Source: Cyanobacteriota bacterium | Lineage (GTDB): Bacteria > Cyanobacteriota > Cyanobacteriia > Thermostichales > Thermostichaceae | Assembly: GCA_033764955.1 (NCBI GenBank) | Contig: JANRIL010000011.1 | Span: 82,638-146,637 of the forward strand | Length of the DNA stretch: 64,000 bases | Direction: 5' to 3' | Shown here: positions 1-8,581 of the stretch, piece by piece | How positions within the stretch are numbered: the first letter of the stretch is position 1 | Layout of the letters: every line of letters starts with the position of its first letter | Made by a program: the position numbers and the translations under genes | Notes under the pieces: model-generated | Told to the model about the DNA's origin: nothing | Database searches by the model: none | What the model saw: only the letters and a program-made list of their open reading frames with translations

Positions 1-29
1 TCCACATCGACACCCCCGCCGCAGGACTG

Positions 30-203
30 TTAATCATCTCCCAGTAATCGAGTCATGAAATTGAACAGCTTCTCGCCGGAATCAGAATCCGAATCATCCA
101 ACGTAAACACCGCCATGCGCCTAGGGCACGCTAGCGCGAACACTACATTCACGTCTTCATCCACATAGTAGATTTCTGGGGATCCGTTCTCTTGATCTGA
201 CAT
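30..203 (-). CDS. Small acidic hypothetical protein (57 aa, MSDQENGSPEIYYVDED...)
   Basis: Paralog of 53881-54054; ATG 39 nt after an array motif; contains a 24-bp SDR-like insert. Confidence 0.7.
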   Translation of the reverse strand: MSDQENGSPEIYYVDEDVNVVFALACPRRMAVFTLDDSDSDSGEKLFNFMTRLLGDD

Positions 204-355
204 TTCATCGACCTTCACTGACGTCACCCACTCCTTAGGACAGCCTAAACCTTTCTTTAGAGGGAGATGGGGTCTGGGGAACGCGCAGGGGAAGGGTGGG
301 GTAAGTTCCCCAGTGGAGAGGTAAAAAAAGGGGATCTCGGGATCCCCAACTTGAT

Positions 356-529
356 TTAGCGGCTGACGGCGACGTAGATGTTGCCCCACTTGGACTTGGC
401 AACACGGGCACCGGGATAGTGAGTGGAGAATGCCAGAGCCGTGTTGATGTCCTTAAAGTGGGCGATGTAGGCATCAGGGGTCAGGACTGTACGGGTGGCA
501 CCCCAGAGACGGGCAAAGTTGAAGCACAT
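356..529 (-). CDS. Small hypothetical protein (57 aa, MCFNFARLWGATR...), below the ORF-track cutoff
   Basis: Open frame ATG529-TAA356; same position as 53394-53678 in element 2. Confidence 0.45.
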   Translation of the reverse strand: MCFNFARLWGATRTVLTPDAYIAHFKDINTALAFSTHYPGARVAKSKWGNIYVAVSR

Positions 530-1090
530 AGGAAAAACCTCTTAACGATGCCAGCACAAAGATCCCGCCCCTCTCCTGCAAGCAAGGCTCAGGCACCTTG
601 GAATATCGCAGGGACGAGAATATGCCGAGAAAGGCATGGACGACTCTTGCAGTCCGGCTGTTCGCGCCAGTGTGCCCAAGGCGCAATCAGTTGGTGGTTT
701 TGGGTGGGACACGGTGCCGTGGCAGTGGAGAGGGATCCGCTGTGCCGCTTGACTCCCGACCTGGTGCCTCCCTATTCCTGTTCGGTCTAGATGCCGTCAA
801 CATTTGGGACATCAACATCTCAGGCACATCAACTTCTGGTGTGGGAGGGGAACGGAGTGCTGGTGGGTGGGGCGAATTGAGGGATCCCTGGGGAGAACGG
901 GGGTATGGGGGAATGCGGCGGGTGGGTGGGTCAAGTTCCCCCATTGTGAGGTGGACAAGCTCTGTTGGACACGTCACCTGAGCAAGAGTCCCGACGTGCG
1001 GCAGCGGGTCGGTTCCATAGCCGGGTTTAGGGATCCCTTGGCTTAAGGAATAAGAACTGGGGAGAATAAATCCCCCCAGCCTTGTCAGAC

Positions 1091-1513
1091 TTAGATAGCT
1101 CGATTGAACCGGGCAGCACTGCGTTCTGCATTCAACGCCAAGAGGCTTTCGAGGTCATGCTGGTAGTGCTTGTGGGCAAATTCCACCAATTCTTCCAGAC
1201 TGGCTTTGATGAATCCTCGGTCGAATTCGTCTTTGAACTGTTCCCAGGCTTCTGCATAGAGCTGTTTGATGGCTGCCGGGTCATATTCCGGGCGGCTGTA
1301 GGATCCATCTTTTAGGCGGACAGGAGGGGCAATGGGATCCAAGGTGCCATCATCTACTGCATCTTTGAAAATGCGTCCTTTGGACTCTTCCCAGACTAGG
1401 GACCGCAGGGTGTAGAAGACGGCTTGCTGTTTGCGAAAGGTTGATTGTTCGTCACGTTCACGGGTGGTGAGAGGGCGGAACTTGCTAGAGAGGGCTGACT
1501 TTTCAATGGACAT
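1091..1513 (-). CDS. Conserved hypothetical protein (140 aa, MSIEKSALSSKFRPL...)
   Basis: Nearly identical to 52291-52713; the upstream extensions in the ORF track differ in frame between the paralogs. Confidence 0.8.
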   Translation of the reverse strand: MSIEKSALSSKFRPLTTRERDEQSTFRKQQAVFYTLRSLVWEESKGRIFKDAVDDGTLDPIAPPVRLKDGSYSRPEYDPAAIKQLYAEAWEQFKDEFDRGFIKASLEELVEFAHKHYQHDLESLLALNAERSAARFNRAI

Positions 1514-1947
1514 AGGACAAACTCCAAAATCGATAACCCCGTGCCAGGGAGCAAGGCCAGAAGACGGAAAGGGGCGACGGCAACCGTAGGGCTTGTTCGC
1601 GCCAGCGTGCCCAAGGCGCAAGTTTTTCCGACCTGCCTTTTTAGGAAAAAGTTTTGACGGCGTACATTTCACCCCTTGGAGTCTGAGTCGCCGCAGATCC
1701 TACGCTCAGGGGTCGATTTCTGGGGTGTCTGTTTGTCCACGAAGTTTGCCATAAGCAGGGGTTCGCTTTACTGCTGAACTGGATGAACGGATTTTCATTG
1801 GGGAGTGGAATGGCGGCGCGGTGGTGGGTGGGTCAAGCCGCTTCATCATTAGGGATCCCTAAAAGTCAATAGGTTCTAGGGATCCCCTAAAACAAAGGGA
1901 TCCCTCAAAACAACGAGATAGTGCTACGCACACACAAGGTCAGTTCC

Positions 1948-2109
1948 TCAAAATGGCCAGTCAAAAGGTAGGGATCCCCATTCTTCCATCTCCCATAATT
2001 CCCGCTCTGCTTCACGGAGTTTTTCTCGCTGGTCAATTTCTAAATCGAGGGATCCCCATTCGGCTTGAGCCACGAGGAAATCAACCATTGGGTCGCCACT
2101 TCTGTACAT
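1948..2109 (-). CDS. Small acidic Trp-rich protein (53 aa, MYRSGDPMVDFLVAQAEWG...)
   Basis: Same length and sequence family as 51672-51833; ATG 37 nt after an array motif. Confidence 0.7.
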   Translation of the reverse strand: MYRSGDPMVDFLVAQAEWGSLDLEIDQREKLREAERELWEMEEWGSLPFDWPF

Positions 2110-2125
2110 AATCAACACTCATCAA

Positions 2126-2458
2126 CTACACCCGCTCCGTAGGACTGTTGACACTTGCCAAGATTTGCTCTTGTTGCCGTTGAATAACTTTTAGGGAGGA
2201 GACTCTATGGCAGATTGCAGTTTTTATATCTTCCATTTGGTCAAGTAAGTAGCCGTATGCTTCACCAGCACCATTTTCAGGTAGAGCATCAAAGGCAGCG
2301 CGTAATGAGAAGTAGACCTTGAGTTTGTTTTTCAGCCATTGCGCTTGAGATTCTAGTTCTGCTAGTTGGATAGAATCGGGATTTCTGGCGTTCATTAACT
2401 CCAGGATTCGTTGCTCTAATTCGGTCAAATCAGAACTTAATTTCTGTAAGGCGGTCAT
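2126..2458 (-). CDS. Internally deleted, chimeric Gp157-like protein
   Basis: N-terminus matches 50890-51414 with a 46-codon deletion; C-terminus (LASVNSPTERV) matches the end of 51452-51655. Confidence 0.65.
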   Translation of the reverse strand: MTALQKLSSDLTELEQRILELMNARNPDSIQLAELESQAQWLKNKLKVYFSLRAAFDALPENGAGEAYGYLLDQMEDIKTAICHRVSSLKVIQRQQEQILASVNSPTERV

Positions 2459-2560
2459 CGTTAAGTCTCCACATTTTCACTCCTTTCCGTAGGACTATTT
2501 GGTTTGGGTTTATTTGTTGCGTGGGATAGGGATCCCTTGACTCTGTGACGGTGGACAGGG

Positions 2561-2604
2561 AACTGATATGGATTTGATATGGATTTAATACGGAACTAAT
2601 ACGG
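2561..2604. repeat. Four tandem 11-bp repeats
   Basis: AACTGATATGG ATTTGATATGG ATTTAATACGG AACTAATACGG. Confidence 0.8.
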
Positions 2605-2709
2605 ATTATCGATTATGCCTTTGGCACGCTTGCGCGAACACTTGCCTAGTCATGTGCCCAGGTCTTCAAAGGACTCTGTGATACGGTCGGAATAGGGGGG
2701 ATGTGAAGT

Positions 2710-2883
2710 ATGGACAAAGGCAAGATCAAGCAACTGCGCCTCTCTCTGGGGATGACTCAGGAACAATTTGCGGCGGCTTTGGGGTGTACTACATCCACCG
2801 TTGTGCGCTGGGAAAGTGGCAAATCTTCTCCCTCCCCGTTGGCGCAACAATCCATGTTCAAACTGGCTCCTGCGTTTGCCTAG
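2710..2883 (+). CDS. XRE/Cro-like HTH protein (57 aa), not in the ORF track
   Basis: MDKGKIKQLRLSLGMTQEQFAAALGCTTSTVVRWESGKSSPS is a typical HTH_3 pattern. Confidence 0.85.
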   Translation: MDKGKIKQLRLSLGMTQEQFAAALGCTTSTVVRWESGKSSPSPLAQQSMFKLAPAFA

Positions 2884-2949
2884 TCATCTGCTCTGGAGAA
2901 CTGAATTCACCCTGAATATCGTGGTCATAAATGGACTTAGGGATCCGAT

Positions 2950-3660
2950 ATGGCACGAAATAAAGGGATTATTCAACTGCAAGGAACGGTAGGGGGTTTG
3001 ACCTTCAAACGGGATGGCACGATTAGTCAGGCGGTGGGATCCCGTCCGGTGACGGCGGAACGAACGAAGGAAAATAACACTGAATTTGCCATTGCTGCCA
3101 AGCAAGCCAAGGTGATCCGGGATGCCTTGCGGGGCTTAGATGTAGGCGACCGCTTTCTGGCAGGGCGGATGGTGAAGGTGGTGCGCTCTGGGGTGGCGTT
3201 GGATCCCGATAATGAGCGGGGTAAACGGATCTTGTCGAATAACGAGGCGCGGCAGGTGTTGCCTAAGTTTGAGTTGAACGGCAATGCCAATCTGACTTCG
3301 GTGGCTCCGCTGGCGTGGGTAGTGGCAGGAGATGCGCTGACGATTACCAAGATGGGGGGCGGGGTGCTGACTCCTCGGGATATTTATGCTCCAGCGGGGA
3401 CTACGGATATCTCGGTGATGGCGTTGGTGGCGACTGTGAATTTGGATCCTGATGTGTTGAGCGTGGTGGAGGCGGGAATGACGGCGTTTCCGGTGGTGGG
3501 AAATCCGGGTGCGGCTGAGTGGAGTGTGCCGTTGCCGGAAGATCCAAACTTGCTGACTTTGGGGGCAGTGGGGGTGAAGTTCTTTCAGCGTGTCAACGGC
3601 GAGTTGTATTCGCTGCGGAATGGATCCTATGACGTGGCTCAGATTGTGGTGGTGCGGTAA
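2950..3660 (+). CDS. Hypothetical protein with basic N-terminus and beta-rich C-terminus; candidate structural or DNA-coating protein
   Basis: 236-aa ORF heading the operon that ends in lysis genes; recalls a Bacteroidota hypothetical family (from memory). Confidence 0.75.
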   Translation: MARNKGIIQLQGTVGGLTFKRDGTISQAVGSRPVTAERTKENNTEFAIAAKQAKVIRDALRGLDVGDRFLAGRMVKVVRSGVALDPDNERGKRILSNNEARQVLPKFELNGNANLTSVAPLAWVVAGDALTITKMGGGVLTPRDIYAPAGTTDISVMALVATVNLDPDVLSVVEAGMTAFPVVGNPGAAEWSVPLPEDPNLLTLGAVGVKFFQRVNGELYSLRNGSYDVAQIVVVR

Positions 3661-3672
3661 GCCGGGGGTCAC

Positions 3673-3942
3673 ATGGAGAGTGCATTTCAAACGGTGAAGG
3701 GTTGGCTGACGGATGGCAAGGTGTTCCAGGGTCTCATGGTGGCGGGGCTTATTAAGCTGGTCAGCTTGGGCTTTGGTTTGCAGGAACAGGCTTTGCAAAC
3801 GCAGCATCAGTTGACGGTTATTTCCGATGATCTGGTGGTGTTGAAAGGGGATGTGGATCAACTGAACCGGGTTTCAGCGGCTAATCAGGTTCACACCCAG
3901 TATTTTCTGGCACGGCTGGACAAGTTGGAGAAAAAGCAGTGA
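3673..3942 (+). CDS. Small membrane-anchored coiled-coil protein (lysis-module accessory)
   Basis: One hydrophobic segment then a heptad-like tail; overlaps the next gene. Confidence 0.65.
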   Translation: MESAFQTVKGWLTDGKVFQGLMVAGLIKLVSLGFGLQEQALQTQHQLTVISDDLVVLKGDVDQLNRVSAANQVHTQYFLARLDKLEKKQ

Positions 3943-4127
3943 ATCATGGGGTGCTTTGTCTAATTGTGATCATCTTTGCGGCGGGATCCCTGGGTTTGGC
4001 GGCGGTGGATCCCGAGTATCGTCCTCGGTTTGCGGATTTGGCGCAGATGGGGCTGAGTGGGTTCTTGGGGTATTTGGTGCCGTCGCCACTGGCTAAGAAA
4101 AAGGATGAGAAAGGAGTGGGGGAATGA
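3939..4127 (+). CDS. Putative holin-like 2-TM protein
   Basis: Two hydrophobic segments and a charged tail; homologous to 50650-50853 (VDPxxRPxFADLA); adjacent to a peptidoglycan hydrolase. Confidence 0.6.
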   Translation: MNHGVLCLIVIIFAAGSLGLAAVDPEYRPRFADLAQMGLSGFLGYLVPSPLAKKKDEKGVGE

Positions 4128-4573
4128 ATAGTGTGCAGGTCAGCGTGGCGGAGCCAGATTGGAATAATCCGGCGGCTCGATTATCGACGTATTTCCGGGT
4201 GGGGGAGATGACTTTGGGGGATCCCAGACGGATTCCACTGGATCCGGTGGTGAAGGCACGGATCGTGAGGTTTGCCCAGGAGTTGAATAAGGTACGAGCG
4301 GCGTGGGGGAGTGGGTTGGGGGTGACGAGTTGGTATCGCCCTTACTTGGTGAATCTGGCGGTGGGGGGTGTCCCTAACAGTCAGCATGTGTTGGGCTGGG
4401 CGGCGGATGTCTATCCGGTCAATGGCAAGATCTCAGAGTTTCAGACCTGGATTGACCTGCGATGGTCGGGGGGGTTGGGCTATGGGGCGCAGAAGGGTTT
4501 TGTGCATCTGGATGCGCGGGATGGGTTTCCCTGTTTTGGGGATAGGAAGAGGGGTGTACGTTGGATTTATTGA
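4124..4573 (+). CDS. Peptidase M15A family endolysin-like protein
   Basis: SWYR...N..VGG..NSQH..G.AAD and FVHLDAR motifs. Confidence 0.85.
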   Translation: MNSVQVSVAEPDWNNPAARLSTYFRVGEMTLGDPRRIPLDPVVKARIVRFAQELNKVRAAWGSGLGVTSWYRPYLVNLAVGGVPNSQHVLGWAADVYPVNGKISEFQTWIDLRWSGGLGYGAQKGFVHLDARDGFPCFGDRKRGVRWIY

Positions 4574-4698
4574 TGGGGTAGAGGGATCCCTGACCTGCTC
4601 TTACCTCTAAATCCAGATAACGCCGCGCTCTGCGGCAAATTTGGAGTGCAGCGGAAAAATTGTCCGGCAGCAGCGCTTTGTTAAGCATGCCAAGCTCA

Positions 4699-5649
4699 CT
4701 AGTAACTTTTAATTTTCGGTGTTGCAAAGTTCGAAAATCCTGAGAAATCCGGGTAGATCGTTGAATGCCTGTAACCAAAGAGCTTATCTAGTCTTCGGCG
4801 AATATCCTCTTTTGCTTGCGCTTTAATTCTGAACGTATACAGGGCACCAGATCCAGCGCTTTTTCCCTTAACTGGTTAAAACACATGAGGTCTTGCTGCT
4901 ATGCAGCACGCTTTTCTCCCTTCTTCAATCGTCCACCAACCGTCTTTATAGTTGGGAGACTTCGGAAATTGGAATTTCTTATTATCGGGCTTATTTGACG
5001 CAGGCACACCACCAAATAAGAAGCCCCCATTTTGGGCTGCGATTCGTGCGTCTAAATTGGAGGGTTTCCAAGCAAAAACCGACGTAGTCCATGCCTTCTT
5101 ATCTATTCCATCTTCTCCGCCAGACTTCCATGGTTTGCTAAAATCGTCTTCCCATAAACGAAAAATATCATTCTCGTTAATTAGCCGATCGGTCACGTCA
5201 AATGCGAATAGTCTTGCGTCCTTATCTTCGTGAACTCGAACTCCGTTGTTCCATTTTTCTTCAACCGCAAACCATACACCCACCCAAGCATTGAAAGTGA
5301 TATCTATTAAGCGTGTAGGCGCACCATAATGTTGAAGCATTGCAAGCTGATTTAGTATAGAAAGCCGTCCCGTCTGGGAGGATGAGTGCAGCCCCCATCG
5401 GTGCAACTCAGCGAGAATATCTTTCTCTTCTTTCGCAATGTCATCTTCAGTAAGAACCTTACCTTTTGTAAGATTCATCCTTCGATACAAAGAACTATGA
5501 AGCGCCCAACTTGCGTCAATCTGACCTCGCCAAGCAAACTTAATATTCTTGCTTACGGCCTTTTCCATAACTTGGTTGATGACTGTAAGCAATCCATTAA
5601 AGTCGGCAATCTCTTTTTCAAAGGGCTTCCAGAAATCTTCAGCACTCAA
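4699..5649 (-). pseudogene. FRG-domain protein with an in-frame TAA at 4876-4878
   Basis: WRGQ and QHYGAPTRLIDIT motifs; the frame continues 58 sense codons past the stop with the typical tail (LDKLFGY..STIYPDFSGF). Confidence 0.8.
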
Positions 5650-6207
5650 AATATGCTTCCTTTTCGCTTAATCCGTGATTAAACTGCAGTGGGAGGTCTC
5701 CATGCGGATCTATCACTCAAATTGTAATGATAAACGGCATAAAAACCCAAGTTCTATTTGAATGCTAGAATTGTATCTGAAAAGGACTATCAGGTCAAAT
5801 TATATTAAGTTCCAAGAAGCTCACAGAGGGCTATGGATAATATGCGTATTGTTTGGATAATCGGCATAATCCATGAGCAACTTCCCAGCGGTGAACCCCA
5901 GGTTCGACAAAGTAAAGTACCCTTCCCACCACACCAAAATCCTGCGAGGGGATCATCCCGTAAATTAGCGGAAAGGGTTTGTTCATCTGGATGCGTGTGC
6001 TGGGATCCCGTGTTTTAGGGAATAGGTAGTGCGGAACCCGGGGGATTTGTTGAGGGGGATAGAGGGATCCCATGTGGTCATTGGCTCCAGGCTTTTGCTT
6101 AAGATATCTCAGAGATTGAAGCCGATTTATCCCCAACACCTATTCACATAAATTTTGCTTCTTAGTATCTAGTAACTTGGTGTAAGTAGTTTCCTCAAAT
6201 TTACTAT

Positions 6208-6648
6208 CTATACTAGATTCTTTACAGAAGCATTAGAGATCATGCACAACTCATTTGCCACCTGGACTCTATGACAGCGGCTTGGATCCAATTCGGCGCA
6301 AAGTAAAACTACATTATCAGTTTCGACAATTTTTGAGATTTCCCTCAGGATTAAATCTGCATTTTTAAGATCAGGTGGAACCCATTTATTGGTTTTAGTA
6401 GTATTTCCTAAAGCAGTTGCTGAAATATACTTTACACCAATTGATTTGCAAAAATTTTCTACTTCATCTCGATACCATATTCTGCTCCAAGCTTTGGGAG
6501 AAAGTCTCACATCAATTAGGTATTTAAGATCATATTGCAAGAAATAGCTTCCTAATTGAGAATAGGAAGTTCGGTTGCCGTAACCGAAAGTAAAAATTAC
6601 TTTTTGACTTAGTAGATCATCATCCATCTTTTTTCCTAATTGACTCAC
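6208..6648 (-). CDS. DUF488 family protein
   Basis: IFTFGY, LIDVRLSP and LLCAE.DP.RCHR motifs. Confidence 0.85.
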   Translation of the reverse strand: MSQLGKKMDDDLLSQKVIFTFGYGNRTSYSQLGSYFLQYDLKYLIDVRLSPKAWSRIWYRDEVENFCKSIGVKYISATALGNTTKTNKWVPPDLKNADLILREISKIVETDNVVLLCAELDPSRCHRVQVANELCMISNASVKNLV

Positions 6649-7418
6649 CCTAAAGGTGGGTAGAACAGTCCAATAATCATAAAAGTGTTTTTATGATTCT
6701 TAAGATTCCCTACTATAAAGTGTAACTCCTTTTTGTACATAAACTCATTCTCTAGTTTTAGTCGGACTTTCTCGAGAGCTTCAGATTCCTTTCCAAGGAT
6801 ATCTTTAGCTTGTGATTTCAAACGACAATTTCTATACAATTGCATAATCTCCCAATCGCTTATTGTGAAATTGTGAAGCGTATTGTCTGTTTCGAGAAAT
6901 CGATAGCCAAACTGATAAGGTATTTTCTCCAAATTCGAAGAAGGCTCAAACATATCCATTTGATCAAGTATAGCTTCTTGCCTTGGACTCCACTCCCTGC
7001 TAGTTTCTTTGTGAAAGTATTTAAGAATTTGTTTTGGCTTTATCATCCCTAAAGATTTATTTAAGGACTTTATTTCACACAAAGTTTGAGATTCAAGAGG
7101 ATATAACAGGGATTTTCTCTCTGCCCAACTATTTTTAGTGTCAATTTTTCTTATGACCCTTATCGACTGATCGTCGATCCGATAACTTTCGACTCTGTAA
7201 TCCTTGTCGTTCCGCTCGATGTCTGCTTCAATAATTGACCATCGTGGATATTGCTGATCAATACTAAGGTCGCGGAATCGGATTGGATAAATGCGGATCC
7301 ATTCTATTGGCTGATCGTTATTATCAAGGAGAACTCCAGCAGTGCAGACAGTCTCTTTATATTTTCTGCTTATAGATGGATAGGTTTTTGTTGCAATCAG
7401 TATTCTCTTCCTTTCCAT
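6645..7418 (-). CDS. DUF488-associated hypothetical protein (possibly OB-fold)
   Basis: KTYP..S.KY.ETVCTAG...WIRIYP; AT-rich; overlaps the DUF488 gene. Confidence 0.75.
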   Translation of the reverse strand: MERKRILIATKTYPSISRKYKETVCTAGVLLDNNDQPIEWIRIYPIRFRDLSIDQQYPRWSIIEADIERNDKDYRVESYRIDDQSIRVIRKIDTKNSWAERKSLLYPLESQTLCEIKSLNKSLGMIKPKQILKYFHKETSREWSPRQEAILDQMDMFEPSSNLEKIPYQFGYRFLETDNTLHNFTISDWEIMQLYRNCRLKSQAKDILGKESEALEKVRLKLENEFMYKKELHFIVGNLKNHKNTFMIIGLFYPPLG

Positions 7419-7513
7419 GATTTCATTATTGCCCTATAGATTAACGTTGACTCTGTTTAAAGAATTATCACCTCACATGGGAGTTTTGGCGAATTTGCTT
7501 AAAATTCGCTGCA

Positions 7514-8167
7514 TTAGTGCGCCCGAAACGACCACAGCACTCGCCCGACTACCGCAAAATCCTCGGGTGGGTTCCGTAAATCAATCTGAAATGGTTCATA
7601 GGCAGGATTATCACTCATCACCCGCAATTGCCGCCCTGGCAGTAGATGCAACCGCTTCACCAACAGCGTCTCATCCAACCGCAGCACACTAATCCCTTCC
7701 ACCACCTCACGCGGCTTCGTATCCACCAAAATCAGATCCCCAGAACGCAACGTCGGTTCCATCGATTCCCCCCGCACCGAGATCAGATTCAACCCCTCAG
7801 GACTGGTGTGGCAGTGCAACCGGATCCACCCCTCACTAAAGGCAATCACCTCTTCCGGATCAACCTCTTCCACAAACGTGCCCAACCCTGCCCCGGCACT
7901 GATGTCATAAATCGGGATCCGTACCAACCGATCTTCTGACGGTGGCTGAGGCATCTTGCGAAACATCGGACCCTCACCACTCACCAACCAATCCACACTC
8001 ACCCCCGAACAGCGGGAAATCAACGCCAACCGATCCGCCGTCGGCTGGGATCCCGACATATATTTGCGGAGCGTACTATCCGGCAAGCCACAGCGATTGG
8101 CGAAATGAAAGACCGTTTCTTCACCCAACAGCAAGCGCAGACGGTCTTGGATGGTTTGTTTGGACAT
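7514..8167 (-). CDS. CI-like repressor (HTH plus S24 peptidase)
   Basis: AG cleavage site, GESMEP catalytic Ser, LVKRL Lys. Confidence 0.92.
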   Translation of the reverse strand: MSKQTIQDRLRLLLGEETVFHFANRCGLPDSTLRKYMSGSQPTADRLALISRCSGVSVDWLVSGEGPMFRKMPQPPSEDRLVRIPIYDISAGAGLGTFVEEVDPEEVIAFSEGWIRLHCHTSPEGLNLISVRGESMEPTLRSGDLILVDTKPREVVEGISVLRLDETLLVKRLHLLPGRQLRVMSDNPAYEPFQIDLRNPPEDFAVVGRVLWSFRAH

Positions 8168-8244
8168 GGCATAGCCCCAAGCACTATTGACACTGTATCA
8201 GAAGAGGGGAGTAAACTCTTATGATAGTGAGAGCAATATTACCA

Positions 8245-8260
8245 GTTTTACTAGTAAAAC
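8245..8260. promoter_or_regulatory. Putative operator GTTTTACTAGTAAAAC (second copy at 8557-8572)
   Basis: Perfect 16-bp palindrome between the divergent regulators and again before the primase gene. Confidence 0.75.
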
Positions 8261-8322
8261 GCTAGATGTCAAGGTGTTCTCTCTGTAAAACTTACCTAAT
8301 CTGATGACAAGGAGCGAAACCG

Positions 8323-8538
8323 TTGAATCGAGAGGATATCAAGGCTGTGTTGCGGAAGCAGGGATATACCCTGTCCCATGCGGCAAGAGAGCTAGGAGTC
8401 AGTAAGCAGGCGTTGACTATGGTTCTGTCTGGCAAGCGTTCATCACGGATTGAGGCATGGATTGCCGAGCAGTTGGCGATGCGACCAGAAGAGGTGTGGC
8501 CGGAACGATACTCACAGGATGAAGCAGGTGAATCTTGA
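8323..8538 (+). CDS. Ner/Nlp-like HTH regulator
   Basis: IKAVLRKQG.TLS...IAEQL...PEEVWPERY. Confidence 0.85.
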   Translation: MNREDIKAVLRKQGYTLSHAARELGVSKQALTMVLSGKRSSRIEAWIAEQLAMRPEEVWPERYSQDEAGES

Positions 8539-8581
8539 GAGCATTCACACTATCTGGTTTTACTAGTAAAACGGAACGGCT

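Noticed and set aside
3136..3861. 241-aa His-rich antisense ORF and many other overlapping ORFs in the track
   Set aside because: They are shadows of well-supported genes on the other strand or frame and carry no recognisable motifs.
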